Positions 55,060-64,000 are shown, numbered from the stretch's first letter. The stretch is DNA of 64,000 bases from Vicinamibacteria bacterium (GCA_963697705.1 CAVOPA010000010.1:15818-79817), one strand, 5' to 3'. Numbers and translations are program-made. The notes: a model not told the origin generated them from the letters alone.

Positions 55060-57771
55060 TCAGCCGACCTGGCGGATTTCTGCGCCGGCCCGCGCGTGGA
55101 TGTTCTGCACGTGTGCGACGATGCGCTGAGCCAGCTTGCGTTCGGCCTGCAGCGCCTTGGTCGTGCCGCGAGCGTCCTCGAGGGCCCCGTCGAGTCGCCC
55201 CAGCATCTCGCCGACGTGATCGATCATCGCCTTCTGCTCGCCGACCACGTTGAGCGTGACATTGACGTCGTCGAGCAGGCGCGCCACCGCGTCCGCCTTG
55301 CGTCGGACCTCGTCGACGGCGGCGCTGCGCCGTTCCACTCCTGCGAGCTTTTCGGTCGTTTCAGCCACCGCCTGCGCGACGCGCTCGACGTCCTGGCGGG
55401 CCTCGACGATGGCAGTGCGCTGGCCGGTGATGACCGCGAGGTCCTCACGACTCTTCCGGGCGACGTCGTGAATCGCGTCGAGCTCCCGCCGGACGGCATC
55501 GATGACCCCCTCGCGCTCACCGAGGCCTGCGATCTTCGCGTTCAGACCCTCGTCCAGCCGATCGAGGGTGGACATCCGGGTTTCCAGAACCTCGATCGTG
55601 CGCTCGACCGCCGCGAGATCTCCGCGACGCTGATCGAGCTGCTTCCAGCGGGCGCTCAACTGCTCGAGCAGTGAGCGCGTCTCGTGGAGATGCTCGGACG
55701 CCCCTCGCTCCATCGCCTGAATCTGCTCGAGCGCGGCGTAGAGATCGTCTTTTCGGGCGCCGACCTCGGCCAACTCCGCCTGGACCGTCTGCAGTGTCTG
55801 GATGCGCGCGGTGATGTCGCCGAAGAGTACGCCTGCCGTTTTTCCGAGCTCGATCAGACGACGTTCCTGCGCGACGACCGCCTGCTCATCGCGCGCGAGC
55901 GACGCGAGGCTCCGGTGAGCGCCCGCCAGATCGGCCTGCACTGTCGCAATCTGCTCGGGCACGGCTGCAAGCGCCGCGTGCGCGGCTTCGAGGATCTGCA
56001 GCTTCTGCTGGGCGTCGCTGACCTGCGTCGTCAGGCCGTCGCAGAACACACGCGCGCGGTCGATCTCCGACTGGCGGTCCAACTGGGCCGCCAACTTCGC
56101 GTCGATGTCCGCGCTCAGATCGTACAGCCTGCTCAGACGCGTCTGGACGTCGTCCACGACCTGGAACCTGGGCGTGAGCAGGTCCAGCCGCTTGGCGAGC
56201 TCCTCGATCTGACGGCGCATCGCGACGGCTCGCCCGGCGGAGGCCTCAGTTTCGGCGACACGCGATGTCAGGTCGTCGATGGCCGTTCGAACGGCTGGCG
56301 CGCCGTCCATGAACTCTCGCGCCTGTTCCACGAAGTGTGCAATCTGCTGCTGGTCCTCACGCAGTTCGTCACCGAGCTTTCGCGCCCGCGTATACGTCGC
56401 TTCGCACGCGACGAGCTCCGCCTTGATTGCGGCCAGTTCCTGCTGGCGGTGGGCGAGGCTCTCCAGCTGCCCGGTCGTGCGCCTCGTTTCGCGATCCACG
56501 TCGTCGAGCCGCTTTTCGAGCGTGTCGAGGAAGGGCTGCTTCTGTTCGACGACGGCCAGCTGTGTGGCCGCGTTCTCGATGCGCGACGCCAGCCGGTTGA
56601 CCGTCTCGCCAAATTCCGACAGGGTCTGATCTGTCGTCGAGAGCGCCTCGAGCCGCGCCTCTGTATGCGCGAGAGACGTCTGCGCGGTCGCGAGACGCTC
56701 ATCGAGCGTCTCCATCTCGTTCTTCTTGAGTGCCAGCCGATCGAGGTGGATCTGCAGGTTCTGCAGCAACTCTGCCGAGGCCTGCCGCTGCTGCTCGACG
56801 GTTTCGCCGAACCGCGTGCGATCGCGCGTGGCCCCCTGGAGCTTGTCGCTGATTTCCTGGTGCAGCTGTTCCAGCCGCGCAAGCGTCTCCTGGACCGAGT
56901 CGGCCAGCGTCGAGCCCTCACTGAGCTTGGTGAGCTGGGCATTCATCTCCCAGACCATTTCACCGACCCGCCGCGAATCGACCAGCGCCCGCTCGATCGT
57001 CTGCTGCTGGTGCTCCAGCGCCTTCACCTTGATCGTGACGTGCTCGGCGAGTGCGTTGAGGGTCTGCAGCTGCTCGGTGGCATCGAAGTTCACGGCCTCG
57101 AACCGGGACACACCCTCGAGCGTGCGTTGAACGGATGCGAGTCGTTCGGCGGCTCCAGTAGCCTCTGCGTTGGCTCGCTTCGAAATCTCTCCGGCGGTCG
57201 TCGCCTCCTGCACGATCGTGGCAGCCATGGCCTGCAGCTGGGAGAGTTCAGCCGTCAGCGACCCCTGGCGCGCGATGGCCCGCTCGCAATCGTCTTTGAG
57301 CGTCGGCATCTGCTCGGAGAGCTGCGTCAGCCGTGCGTCGCCCAGGAGCGCCTCGAGCCGAGTCGCCGTATTCTCCGCTCCGGACACGAGCTCCTGGAGG
57401 GCTGCGCGTTCGCGGCGTATTTCCTCCGCGTGCTGCACGGTCTCGCCGGTGAGCGCTTCGGCCCGGTCGAGGGACGCCTCGAGAGTCGTCATCCGCGTCT
57501 GGAACGCTTCCGCCGTGGCGGTGGCCCGTTCCAGCTGCTCGGTGCGGCTGCTTGCTGCCGCCAGTTGCTGCGTCAACGCAGAGACGCGCTGTTCGAGCTT
57601 TCCGAGCGCGCGCGGCATGGCGGCGACGTCATCGCCCCTGACCGCGGACAGCACCTTCTCGAGCTGTTGTCGCTCCGCCTGCATCGTGGCGACAAGTTCT
57701 TCGAGTTGCACGAACACCGCGGGACGTGCGGATTCGTCGTACCGACCAGTCAACTTCGCCAGAAAATCCAT
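55060..57771 (-). CDS. 903-aa all-coiled-coil protein of unknown function
   Basis: GGGAGA lies 5 nt before the ATG at 57771 (MDFLAKLTGRYDES...). The whole length is Leu/Glu/Ala/Arg/Gln-rich heptad-like sequence. I could see no TM segment, Walker motif, CxxC hook or globular domain. Confidence 0.75.
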   Translation of the reverse strand: MDFLAKLTGRYDESARPAVFVQLEELVATMQAERQQLEKVLSAVRGDDVAAMPRALGKLEQRVSALTQQLAAASSRTEQLERATATAEAFQTRMTTLEASLDRAEALTGETVQHAEEIRRERAALQELVSGAENTATRLEALLGDARLTQLSEQMPTLKDDCERAIARQGSLTAELSQLQAMAATIVQEATTAGEISKRANAEATGAAERLASVQRTLEGVSRFEAVNFDATEQLQTLNALAEHVTIKVKALEHQQQTIERALVDSRRVGEMVWEMNAQLTKLSEGSTLADSVQETLARLEQLHQEISDKLQGATRDRTRFGETVEQQRQASAELLQNLQIHLDRLALKKNEMETLDERLATAQTSLAHTEARLEALSTTDQTLSEFGETVNRLASRIENAATQLAVVEQKQPFLDTLEKRLDDVDRETRRTTGQLESLAHRQQELAAIKAELVACEATYTRARKLGDELREDQQQIAHFVEQAREFMDGAPAVRTAIDDLTSRVAETEASAGRAVAMRRQIEELAKRLDLLTPRFQVVDDVQTRLSRLYDLSADIDAKLAAQLDRQSEIDRARVFCDGLTTQVSDAQQKLQILEAAHAALAAVPEQIATVQADLAGAHRSLASLARDEQAVVAQERRLIELGKTAGVLFGDITARIQTLQTVQAELAEVGARKDDLYAALEQIQAMERGASEHLHETRSLLEQLSARWKQLDQRRGDLAAVERTIEVLETRMSTLDRLDEGLNAKIAGLGEREGVIDAVRRELDAIHDVARKSREDLAVITGQRTAIVEARQDVERVAQAVAETTEKLAGVERRSAAVDEVRRKADAVARLLDDVNVTLNVVGEQKAMIDHVGEMLGRLDGALEDARGTTKALQAERKLAQRIVAHVQNIHARAGAEIRQVG

Positions 57772-58134
57772 GGTTTCTCCCGGAGCTCGATCCGCGAGCC
57801 CGTCAGCAACCTCTGTACCGCACCTCGCATCCCGCGCTTCGCGCCACCGCAACGGGCGTCACGTGATCGGCCGTTGTTGTGGCCGACTGGGTCGCTCACG
57901 GGCGGGGACGATTGTCGTCAGCGAGAGAACACTCCTGTGATCGCTCAATACCCCGCGTGGCTCTTATCTCGTGCCTCGCCGCGCGAGCGCGGACGAAAGC
58001 CCGCGATCGTCTGCACGTGCCGCGCGTGCAGCTCTGGCCCGCGCTTTGCTGCTCACCCGTTGCTGCGATCGCACATTCGTGCGGAAACGCGCTCACACAG
58101 CCCACAGAACCCAGTTGGTGTCGGAGGGACGCGG

Positions 58135-59042
58135 ATGGACCAGGTCAAGCCTTCCGTGAGCCGCCGCAGCTCGTTTGAAGGCCTGCGCGCATGTGCGGAG
58201 CACGAAACGTCGGCACTGATCGAGAAGATCGTCGCAGCTGCAGCCGCGGATGCGGAGACGCTGGCGCAACAGATCGAAGCCGACGCCCGAGTCGAAGTCG
58301 CGGCGGCGGAGGCAATCGTCGAGCGATTGCAGGCCGACGTCCGCTCGGGCCAGGAACAGCTGCGGCTGGCCCGCGAGGAGCTGGAGGTCGAGCAGGCCGC
58401 CCGCGCCCGGGCCGAGACCGCCGCGAAAGACGTGCAGGGCGCGCACGAGCAGGCACGTTCGGCTCTCGAAACGCAGTTGCGCAGCCAGGCAACCGAGTTG
58501 CAGTCGGTTCGCGGAGAGGTTTCTGCTCTGAACGAACGGCTCGCGGCCGGGCAGGCGGAGCGTGCGAGCCTCACGGCGACCCTCGAGAATCTGCAGAGCG
58601 CGGTTCATGGCGCCGTGTCGTCGTTGACCCTCATACAGCCTGCCGCCTCGCCAGCGCCAGGAGTGGCGCAGCGAGCAGACGCCAGTGGAGGCGAGGCGAC
58701 CGGGCTACCGTCGCGCCGAACATTGACGGCTACGTCACGGCATTGCTGGAGCTGGTCGAAGCGAGATATCGGCAGGATGTCGAATCGGCACTGCCGCCAG
58801 CCGACGTCGTCAAGCGCCTCACAGACAATCTCCGCTACGCCAGCCATCTCTTCGCTGAGCGGCTCGGCCGGGACGCGGCCAGCGAGAGCTGGGTTTTGAA
58901 GGAGGAGATCGCCAAGCTCCTGCACACGACGTCGGCGACGCCCTTCGGCCGTGATCTCGCGATCGCCGCCGGCGAGGCCGAACGACACGCGCGACGTGAC
59001 CGCAGTGCCGGGCTGCAAGTGACCGACAAGGCGAGCGCATAA
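58135..59042 (+). CDS. ~300-aa coiled-coil protein with a small C-terminal globular region; apparent frameshift near 58705
   Basis: GGAGGGA lies 5 nt before the ATG at 58135 (MDQVKPSVSRRSSFEGL...). Coiled-coil sequence runs to ..GVAQRADASGGEAT. It continues as VAPNIDGYVTALLELVEARYRQDVESALPPADVVKRL... in the frame of ORF 58191..59042. Confidence 0.6.
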
Positions 59043-59373
59043 GGCTCCCGCTCTCACGCCCGTGACCTGCCGGTGTTTCCTCTCATCGGTTGGCGCCGCC
59101 GACTCGCAGGCGGGGAGACAGGATGGCGGGACAAGGGAGTCGAGCGGAATCGTGTCTGCAGCGGCACGGTCGGTGGGATGATGAGCGAGGCCATGAGCGC
59201 GACGAGCAAATACTCGTCGGCTGTGAAGAACCTCGACGCGAGCACGCGTCTGCGGACGGACCGTCCGTTCGAGGCGCTCGACCGGGACGCGCAAATCGCG
59301 ACCCTCGAGCCGCTCGCCTACAGCCCCCGCCGTCTGACGCGTCTGATGCCGCGGCATGTAAGATCGAGCCGCC

Positions 59374-59832
59374 GTGCGCATCCGACCCGCTCGCGCCAGC
59401 GACCGCGAGTTCATCCTCGGCCTCGCTGCGCGTTTGATCGAATTCGGCACCGTGCCGGGGCGCGACCCCGCGCAGATGGTCGCGCGCGACGGCGCAGTGC
59501 TGGCGGATGCACTGGAGCAGCCGTCATCCGACCGAGGACTGTTCATCGCCGAGACTGACGACGGTAGTCGCCTTGGGTTCATCCACCTGACGACCGGCGA
59601 CGACTACTACACCGGCACTCGAACCGGTCACATCGCAGACGTCGTGGTGACGGCGGCCGCGGGAGGTCGCGGCGTGGGGAGCGCGCTGATGGCGTACGCC
59701 GAAGAGTGGGCGCGGCAGCGCGGGTTTTCGCTGCTGACGCTGAACGCCTTCACCGCCAACCGCCGGGCGCGTGATCTGTATGCACGTCTCGGGTTCCAGG
59801 AAGAATGGATCCGGTGCATCAAGCGGTTGTAA
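59374..59832 (+). CDS. GNAT family N-acetyltransferase
   Basis: 152 aa. VVVTAAAGGRGVGSALMAYAEEWARQRGF is an acetyl-CoA-binding motif, and ARDLYARLGFQE is a typical C-terminal motif. Confidence 0.8.
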   Translation: MRIRPARASDREFILGLAARLIEFGTVPGRDPAQMVARDGAVLADALEQPSSDRGLFIAETDDGSRLGFIHLTTGDDYYTGTRTGHIADVVVTAAAGGRGVGSALMAYAEEWARQRGFSLLTLNAFTANRRARDLYARLGFQEEWIRCIKRL

Positions 59833-60158
59833 AAGCTCGCTCCCTGCCGGAAAACGACTCGCGCGATCTTCGGCCCCGCAGCTGTCGGTGCCGGCCGCAC
59901 CCTACCCCGGCTGGAACCTGCGCGTTCCTGCCACCGGCGCGGCTCAGGAGCGCGTCAGCTTCGCGGGTCGTACATCCCGTTCGCCCGGACACGGGCGCAG
60001 CGCGAACGGACCGGACACCAAGCGAGGCTGCACGGCCGGTCCTGCTTTCAAGTGGACGTCCCGCGCGCCTCTGCGAGTTCAGCCGATCGACGCTCGCGTT
60101 ATCCGCTCCGGGGCGCCGTGATACCCTCCGCACATTCAATCAGCGGAGGATTCCCGCA

Positions 60159-60893
60159 ATGGCGACGGTAGCTCCCGCAGCGGCCCGCGACTCTTCGGAC
60201 CGCGCATTCTATCTGGGCATGGCGCTCGCGTTCGTCGCCGTCGTGTTCGTCGGCTTCGCGCGCAGTTTCTTCCTGCGACCGCTGTTCCCCGTGCACCCGT
60301 CGCCGAGAGAACCAATCTTCTACGTGCACGGCGCGCTGTTCACCGCGTGGTGCGTGCTGCTGGTCGGCCAGACCGCGCTGGTACGCGCGCACCGAACCGC
60401 GCTGCACCGGCGGATTGGCCCCTGGGGCGCCGTCCTCGCCGCGGCCATGGTGGCGGTGGGCACGCACGGCGCCCTCGTGGCGGCGAGGCGGCCCACAGGG
60501 TTTGTCAGCATCCCGGCCCCCCCACAAGCCTTTCTGATCGTGCCTTTCGTCGACATGCTGCTCTTCGGCACGTTCGTGGCCATCGCCGTGGTCAAGCGGC
60601 GCGATCTCCAGGCCCACAAGCGCTGGATGCTCCTTGCGACCATCAACCTCCTCACCGCTGCGATCGCGCGATGGCCTGGCGTGTTCGGTGGATCGCCGCT
60701 GCTCTTCTTCGCCCTCACCGACCTGTTCATCGTCGCCCTGGTCATGTGGGACCGCCGGTCGCGCGGGGCCGTGCATCGCGCGACGGCCTGGGGCGGGGCC
60801 GCCATCGTGCTCTCGCAGCCGCTGCGTCTCGCGCTGTCGGGCACGCCGGCCTGGATGGCGGTGGCGCACTGGCTCGTGAGCTCGCCGCTGTGA
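60159..60893 (+). CDS. Integral membrane protein of unknown function (about six TM helices)
   Basis: GGAGGA lies 8 nt before the ATG at 60159 (MATVAPAAARDSSDRAFYLGMALAFVAVVFVGF...). The listed ORF start at 59805 overlaps the GNAT gene. Confidence 0.6.
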   Translation: MATVAPAAARDSSDRAFYLGMALAFVAVVFVGFARSFFLRPLFPVHPSPREPIFYVHGALFTAWCVLLVGQTALVRAHRTALHRRIGPWGAVLAAAMVAVGTHGALVAARRPTGFVSIPAPPQAFLIVPFVDMLLFGTFVAIAVVKRRDLQAHKRWMLLATINLLTAAIARWPGVFGGSPLLFFALTDLFIVALVMWDRRSRGAVHRATAWGGAAIVLSQPLRLALSGTPAWMAVAHWLVSSPL

Positions 60894-60944
60894 TTGCCGC
60901 CTGTTGGGGCCCGATTGTGGGGCCCTGTCCGTGCTCCGGTGGAG

Positions 60945-61553
60945 ATGATGATGTCGCGCTACGCCTTCCTCGTCGACACCTACCGCACGGAACGCCTCAA
61001 GATTCTGGGGGTCTGGTCCCAGATCCCGGACGATTCGATGCACGTGCGGCCGGAGCCCCGCGCGCGCTCGCCGCTCGAGCACATGGTGCATCAGTGCCTG
61101 AGCGAGGACGGCTGGATGACCGGCATGCTCGGCATCGCCGTGAGTCTTCCCGCGCTGCCGGCCCAAGAGACCAGGCTCGCGTTTCTTGCGCACTACGCCG
61201 CGGTGTCGGAACAGCGCCTCACGGCGCTTGAAGCGAGGCCCGACGAATGGTTCGAGGAAGCCACACAGTTCTTCGACGTCTCCCGCTCGCGCGCGTGGGT
61301 GCTGACGCGCCGCATTGCGCACTCGGCGCACCACCGCGGGCAGCTGACGGCGTACCTTCGGTTGTGGGGCCGCTCGCTCTATTCCACGTACGGGCCAACC
61401 GCCGACACGGGAGGCCTTCCCCGCAACGGCGCGCGCGTGATCTACCGTTACGGGTCGGTCCAGGACCTGCTCGAGCAGGAAGCGCAGGGCGGCGGAGGGC
61501 CAGAGCTGCCGGGACCAGGCGCAGCGCCTCCCACCGAGCGGCCATCGCAGTAG
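60945..61553 (+). CDS. DinB-family protein
   Basis: GGTGGAG followed by ATGATGATG (60945-60953). EHMVHQC and IAHSAHHRGQLTAYLR are His-rich DinB motifs. Confidence 0.75.
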   Translation: MMMSRYAFLVDTYRTERLKILGVWSQIPDDSMHVRPEPRARSPLEHMVHQCLSEDGWMTGMLGIAVSLPALPAQETRLAFLAHYAAVSEQRLTALEARPDEWFEEATQFFDVSRSRAWVLTRRIAHSAHHRGQLTAYLRLWGRSLYSTYGPTADTGGLPRNGARVIYRYGSVQDLLEQEAQGGGGPELPGPGAAPPTERPSQ

Positions 61554-61626
61554 TCTCAGACTCCAGCACGCGGTTCGCGAGGATGAAGGCGCGGAAAGGC
61601 GCGGGAGCCCCGCATATAATCCGCGC

Positions 61627-62961
61627 GTGACCATCACCCGTCGAAAGCTCCTCGGCATCGCGGCTGCCGCGCTCAGTACGTCCGCGCTGCCGCGCGCTGC
61701 CTCCGGACAGAGTGCTCCGTCTCCCGTGCGCATCGATGCCGCGCGCCTGCAGCGGAGCCTCGAAGAGTTGAGCGTGTACGGGCGACCCGCGGGCGGCACG
61801 TTTGCTGACGGCGTCAGCCGCGTCGCCTACTCGGACGCCGACGTTGCCGGTCGGAAGTACGTGATGGACCTGATGCGATCGGCCGGACTGGAGCCGCGCA
61901 TCGATCCGGGCGGCAACATCTTCTGCCGGCGGCAGGGAAGCGACAGCGCGCTGAAGCCGATCTTGTTCGGCTCGCACATCGACTCGGTGCCGGGCGGCGG
62001 CAACTTCGACGGCGACCTCGGGTCGCTCTCCGCGATCGAGGTCCTGAGGACGATGAAGGACCGCGGTGTCACGACCCGGCATCCGCTCGACATCGTCGTC
62101 TGGTCGAATGAGGAAAGCGGCACGGTCGGCAGCCGTACCACGGCGGGGGACATCAAGCCGGAGGACCTCGAGCGGCTGTACTACGGTGTGCGCATGTCCG
62201 ATGGTCTGAGCAGGATCGGCGGCGACCCGGCGCGGCTGGCCGACAGCCGCATCGCGCCGGGGGCGTTCCACTGCTACCTGGAGCTGCACATCGAGCAGGG
62301 AGGGAACCTCGAGAAAGCCGGGATCCCCATCGGCGTGGTGGAGGGCATCGTCAGCATCGACGAGTACGAGGTCGAGATTCGCGGCTTCGCGAATCACGCC
62401 GGCACCACGCCGATGCCCGAGCGACGAAACGCGCTCCTCGCGGCCGCCAGGTTGATCGACGCCGTGCAGGAGATCGTGACGCGCGAGCCTGGGCGCCAGG
62501 TTGGCACGGTCGGACGGCTGGAGGTCTCCCCGAATGCCCGCAACGTCGTCCCCGGGCTGGTCAAGCATTCGGTTGAACTACGCGACTTGTCGTCCGACAA
62601 GATCGCGCGACTCGGCAAGCAGATTCAGGAACGTGCCGAGGCCATCGCGCGCGAGACCAGGACCGAGATCTCGATGAGGCAGATAGAGCACGACGAGGCC
62701 GCGATCGCGACGCCTGACGTCCAGTCGGCGATCGAAGCGGTATCGGCCGGCCTGGGGTTCAAGACGATGCGCCTGCCGAGCGGAGCGGGCCATGACGCGC
62801 AGGTGATGGCCAGGCTCGGGCCGATGGGCATGATCTTCGTTCCGAGCGTGGGTGGGATCAGCCACTCGCCGAAGGAGCTGACTCTTTGGCCCGATTGCGC
62901 CAACGGCGCGAACGTGCTGCTCGAGACGGTGCTGCAGGTGGATCGACTACAGCTCTCCTGA
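61627..62961 (+). CDS. M20-family amidase (allantoate amidohydrolase / N-carbamoyl-L-amino-acid hydrolase type) with Tat-like signal
   Basis: MTITRRKLLGIAAAALSTSALPRAASG. GSHIDSVPGGGNFDGDLG and ANHAGTTPM are hallmark motifs of this family. Confidence 0.85.
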   Translation: MTITRRKLLGIAAAALSTSALPRAASGQSAPSPVRIDAARLQRSLEELSVYGRPAGGTFADGVSRVAYSDADVAGRKYVMDLMRSAGLEPRIDPGGNIFCRRQGSDSALKPILFGSHIDSVPGGGNFDGDLGSLSAIEVLRTMKDRGVTTRHPLDIVVWSNEESGTVGSRTTAGDIKPEDLERLYYGVRMSDGLSRIGGDPARLADSRIAPGAFHCYLELHIEQGGNLEKAGIPIGVVEGIVSIDEYEVEIRGFANHAGTTPMPERRNALLAAARLIDAVQEIVTREPGRQVGTVGRLEVSPNARNVVPGLVKHSVELRDLSSDKIARLGKQIQERAEAIARETRTEISMRQIEHDEAAIATPDVQSAIEAVSAGLGFKTMRLPSGAGHDAQVMARLGPMGMIFVPSVGGISHSPKELTLWPDCANGANVLLETVLQVDRLQLS

Positions 62962-63076
62962 CCCACCTGTCCTCGGCGCCAACAGCACTCGCCAGGAGGG
63001 AGGCGCCTGCGCGGCGGGCGGGGCGGCCCCGTCCGGCGCCACCCGCTTGGAGCATCAACCTAAGCGAGCGAAGGTT

Positions 63077-63206
63077 CTAATCCGGTGCTCACTTGTGTTG
63101 TCACCGCATCAGTCACGTGGGGCAGGGCTTCAGCCCTGCAAATCGTGCTCGCAAGCAGGCCTGAAGGCCTGCCCCACATGACGACACAAGTGAATCGCGG
63201 GTTTAG
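63077..63206. repeat. Family 2 compound palindromic element, most complete copy (terminal inverted repeats plus core)
   Basis: Left TIR ctaatccggtgctcacttgtgttgtca at 63077-63103, core at 63117-63177, right TIR tgacgacacaagtgaatcgcgggtttag at 63179-63206. The inner TIR parts cacttgtgttgtca / tgacgacacaagtg pair with one G-T mismatch. Confidence 0.8.
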
Positions 63207-63277
63207 TGTCCCGAGCGGCCCACCGTGCGCAACCGCACGCCTACGTGTAGGTCCCTGCGCTCGTGTACCATGCGGCC

Positions 63278-64000
63278 GTGACGAACATTCCGGTTGCACT
63301 CACGACGATGCTCATCGCGCTTCTGTGCGTGTCGGACCACCGGGCGGCGGCTGCCGCCCCTTCGGCACAGGCGGCCACGGCGCCGACCGCGGCGCAGATT
63401 GTCGAGCGCATCAAGTCGCACGTCGGCGTGCCGTGGCAGGCGGAGACGGTTGATACCTTCAAGGCCGGCGACCCCGACACGCGGGTCACCGGCGTCGCGG
63501 TCACGATGATGGCCACGCTCGACGTGCTCCAGCGCGCGGTGAAAGCCGGCCGCAACCTGGTCATCACGCACGAGCCCACCTTCTACGACCATCAGGATCC
63601 GACCGAACCGCTCGAGCAGGCGCGGGATACGGTATTTGCCGCCAAGATGGCCTTCATCAGGGATCACCACCTCGTCGTGTGGCGGTTTCACGACCACTGG
63701 CACCGCCGGCAGCCGGACGGCGTGCAGGCCGGCGTGCTGCGGGCGCTCGGCTGGAACGTGGCGGAGGGGCAGGCGCCGGAGGTAGTGACGCGACCCGAAA
63801 CCACGCTCTCCCGGCTCGCCGCCGACATTCGTAGCCGTCTCGACGCGCACGCGCTGCGCGTCGTCGGTCGGCCCGACATGGTCGTCACGAAGATCGCGCT
63901 CGCTCCTGGCGCCGCGGGGTTCGCGAGCCACCGCGAAGCGCTCCAGCGCGCCGACGTCCAGGTGCTCGTGATCGGCGAGGCGCGCGAATGGGAGACGGTC
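63278..64000 (+). CDS. Nif3-like dinuclear metal centre protein (DUF34 family), 3' end outside the window
   Basis: The open frame from GTG 63278 (or ATG 63308) runs to the window end and is not in the ORF track. Signal-like MLIALLCVSDHRAAAAAP, then RVTGVAVTMMATLDVLQRAVKAGRNLVITHEPTFYDH, typical of the NIF3 family. Confidence 0.7.
   Translation, partial: MTNIPVALTTMLIALLCVSDHRAAAAAPSAQAATAPTAAQIVERIKSHVGVPWQAETVDTFKAGDPDTRVTGVAVTMMATLDVLQRAVKAGRNLVITHEPTFYDHQDPTEPLEQARDTVFAAKMAFIRDHHLVVWRFHDHWHRRQPDGVQAGVLRALGWNVAEGQAPEVVTRPETTLSRLAADIRSRLDAHALRVVGRPDMVVTKIALAPGAAGFASHREALQRADVQVLVIGEAREWETV

Noticed and set aside
55684-58899. Very long antisense ORFs. Examples are 1071 aa on the plus strand here, 22075..25299 minus (1074 aa), 11054..13027 minus, 20448..22604 minus and 40249..41817 minus.
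   Set aside because: These are shadows of real genes on the opposite strand in high-GC DNA. Their translations are Arg/Pro/Gly-rich low-complexity sequence without motifs. The opposite strands encode recognisable proteins with SD-linked starts.
59177-59832. GNAT toxin with an upstream small antitoxin. A coding-like small ORF (MMSEAMSATSKYSSAVKNLDAS...) starts at 59177, ahead of the GNAT gene at 59374.
   Set aside because: The GNAT looks like an ordinary housekeeping-type acetyltransferase. I see no features I would associate with a TacT/AtaT-type toxin. The small ORF has no in-frame stop before the GNAT start and shows no RHH/DUF1778-like pattern. Its high GC3 is shared with the antisense frame, so even its coding status is unresolved.
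1-64000. tRNA, rRNA, transposase, integrase, prophage or known defence-system genes (restriction-modification, CBASS, retron, Gabija, Zorya and similar).
   Set aside because: I scanned the intergenic regions by eye for T-loop-like GTTCGAATC/GGTTCGA contexts and scanned all ORFs for hallmark motifs. None was found. This is a manual scan, so small RNAs or divergent systems could have been missed.

Overview
High-GC (about two-thirds G+C by eye) bacterial chromosomal segment. The gene content resembles Acidobacteriota-like soil bacteria, but that is inference only.

Layout, left to right:
1. 0-6.5 kb: glycan-assembly cluster with a GT-A enzyme, two methyltransferases carrying long C-terminal coiled coils, and a GT2-GT4 fusion.
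2. 6.6-8.8 kb: gene-decay zone with a truncated GT1, a multiply frameshifted small secreted protein and three Ser/Thr-kinase fragments.
3. 8.8-17 kb: kinase neighbourhood with a PknK-like kinase-AAA-TPR protein and a kinase-TolB-propeller protein, interleaved with arrays of a GTAG-headed REP hairpin.
4. 17-26 kb: VapC remnant, HEAT-repeat protein, and addB-addA. The addB gene carries an in-frame REP-derived insertion.
5. 26-37 kb: mixed metabolism genes (GNAT, epimerase, DapA-like, methyltransferase, amidohydrolase, corA, M29 aminopeptidase, PEP-mutase family).
6. 37.5-48.8 kb: hemicellulose (arabinoxylan-type) utilisation cluster with GH3, GPH symporter, GH51, beta-helix protein, GH10 and dgoK.
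7. 49-54.4 kb: multi-GAF hybrid histidine kinase, then a split LigD (ligase and polymerase genes joined by an ATGA overlap) with no Ku.
8. 54.5-59 kb: divergent pair of long coiled-coil proteins plus a small unknown ORF.
9. 59-64 kb: GNAT, membrane protein, DinB, M20 amidase and a partial Nif3-like gene.

I recognised no rRNA, tRNA, CRISPR array, transposase, integrase or prophage genes, and no complete known defence system.

Two structured repeat families stand out: a 24-nt REP hairpin and a ~130-bp compound palindrome with terminal inverted repeats. At least nine conserved genes show single apparent frameshifts, several at short homopolymer runs. This looks more like consensus indel error than biology, but it needs read-level checking.

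The most novelty-worthy items, all hypotheses:
- the coiled-coil-tailed methyltransferase pair
- the behaviour of the REP and compound-palindrome repeats, including exaptation inside addB
- the uncharacterised coiled-coil module beside ligD
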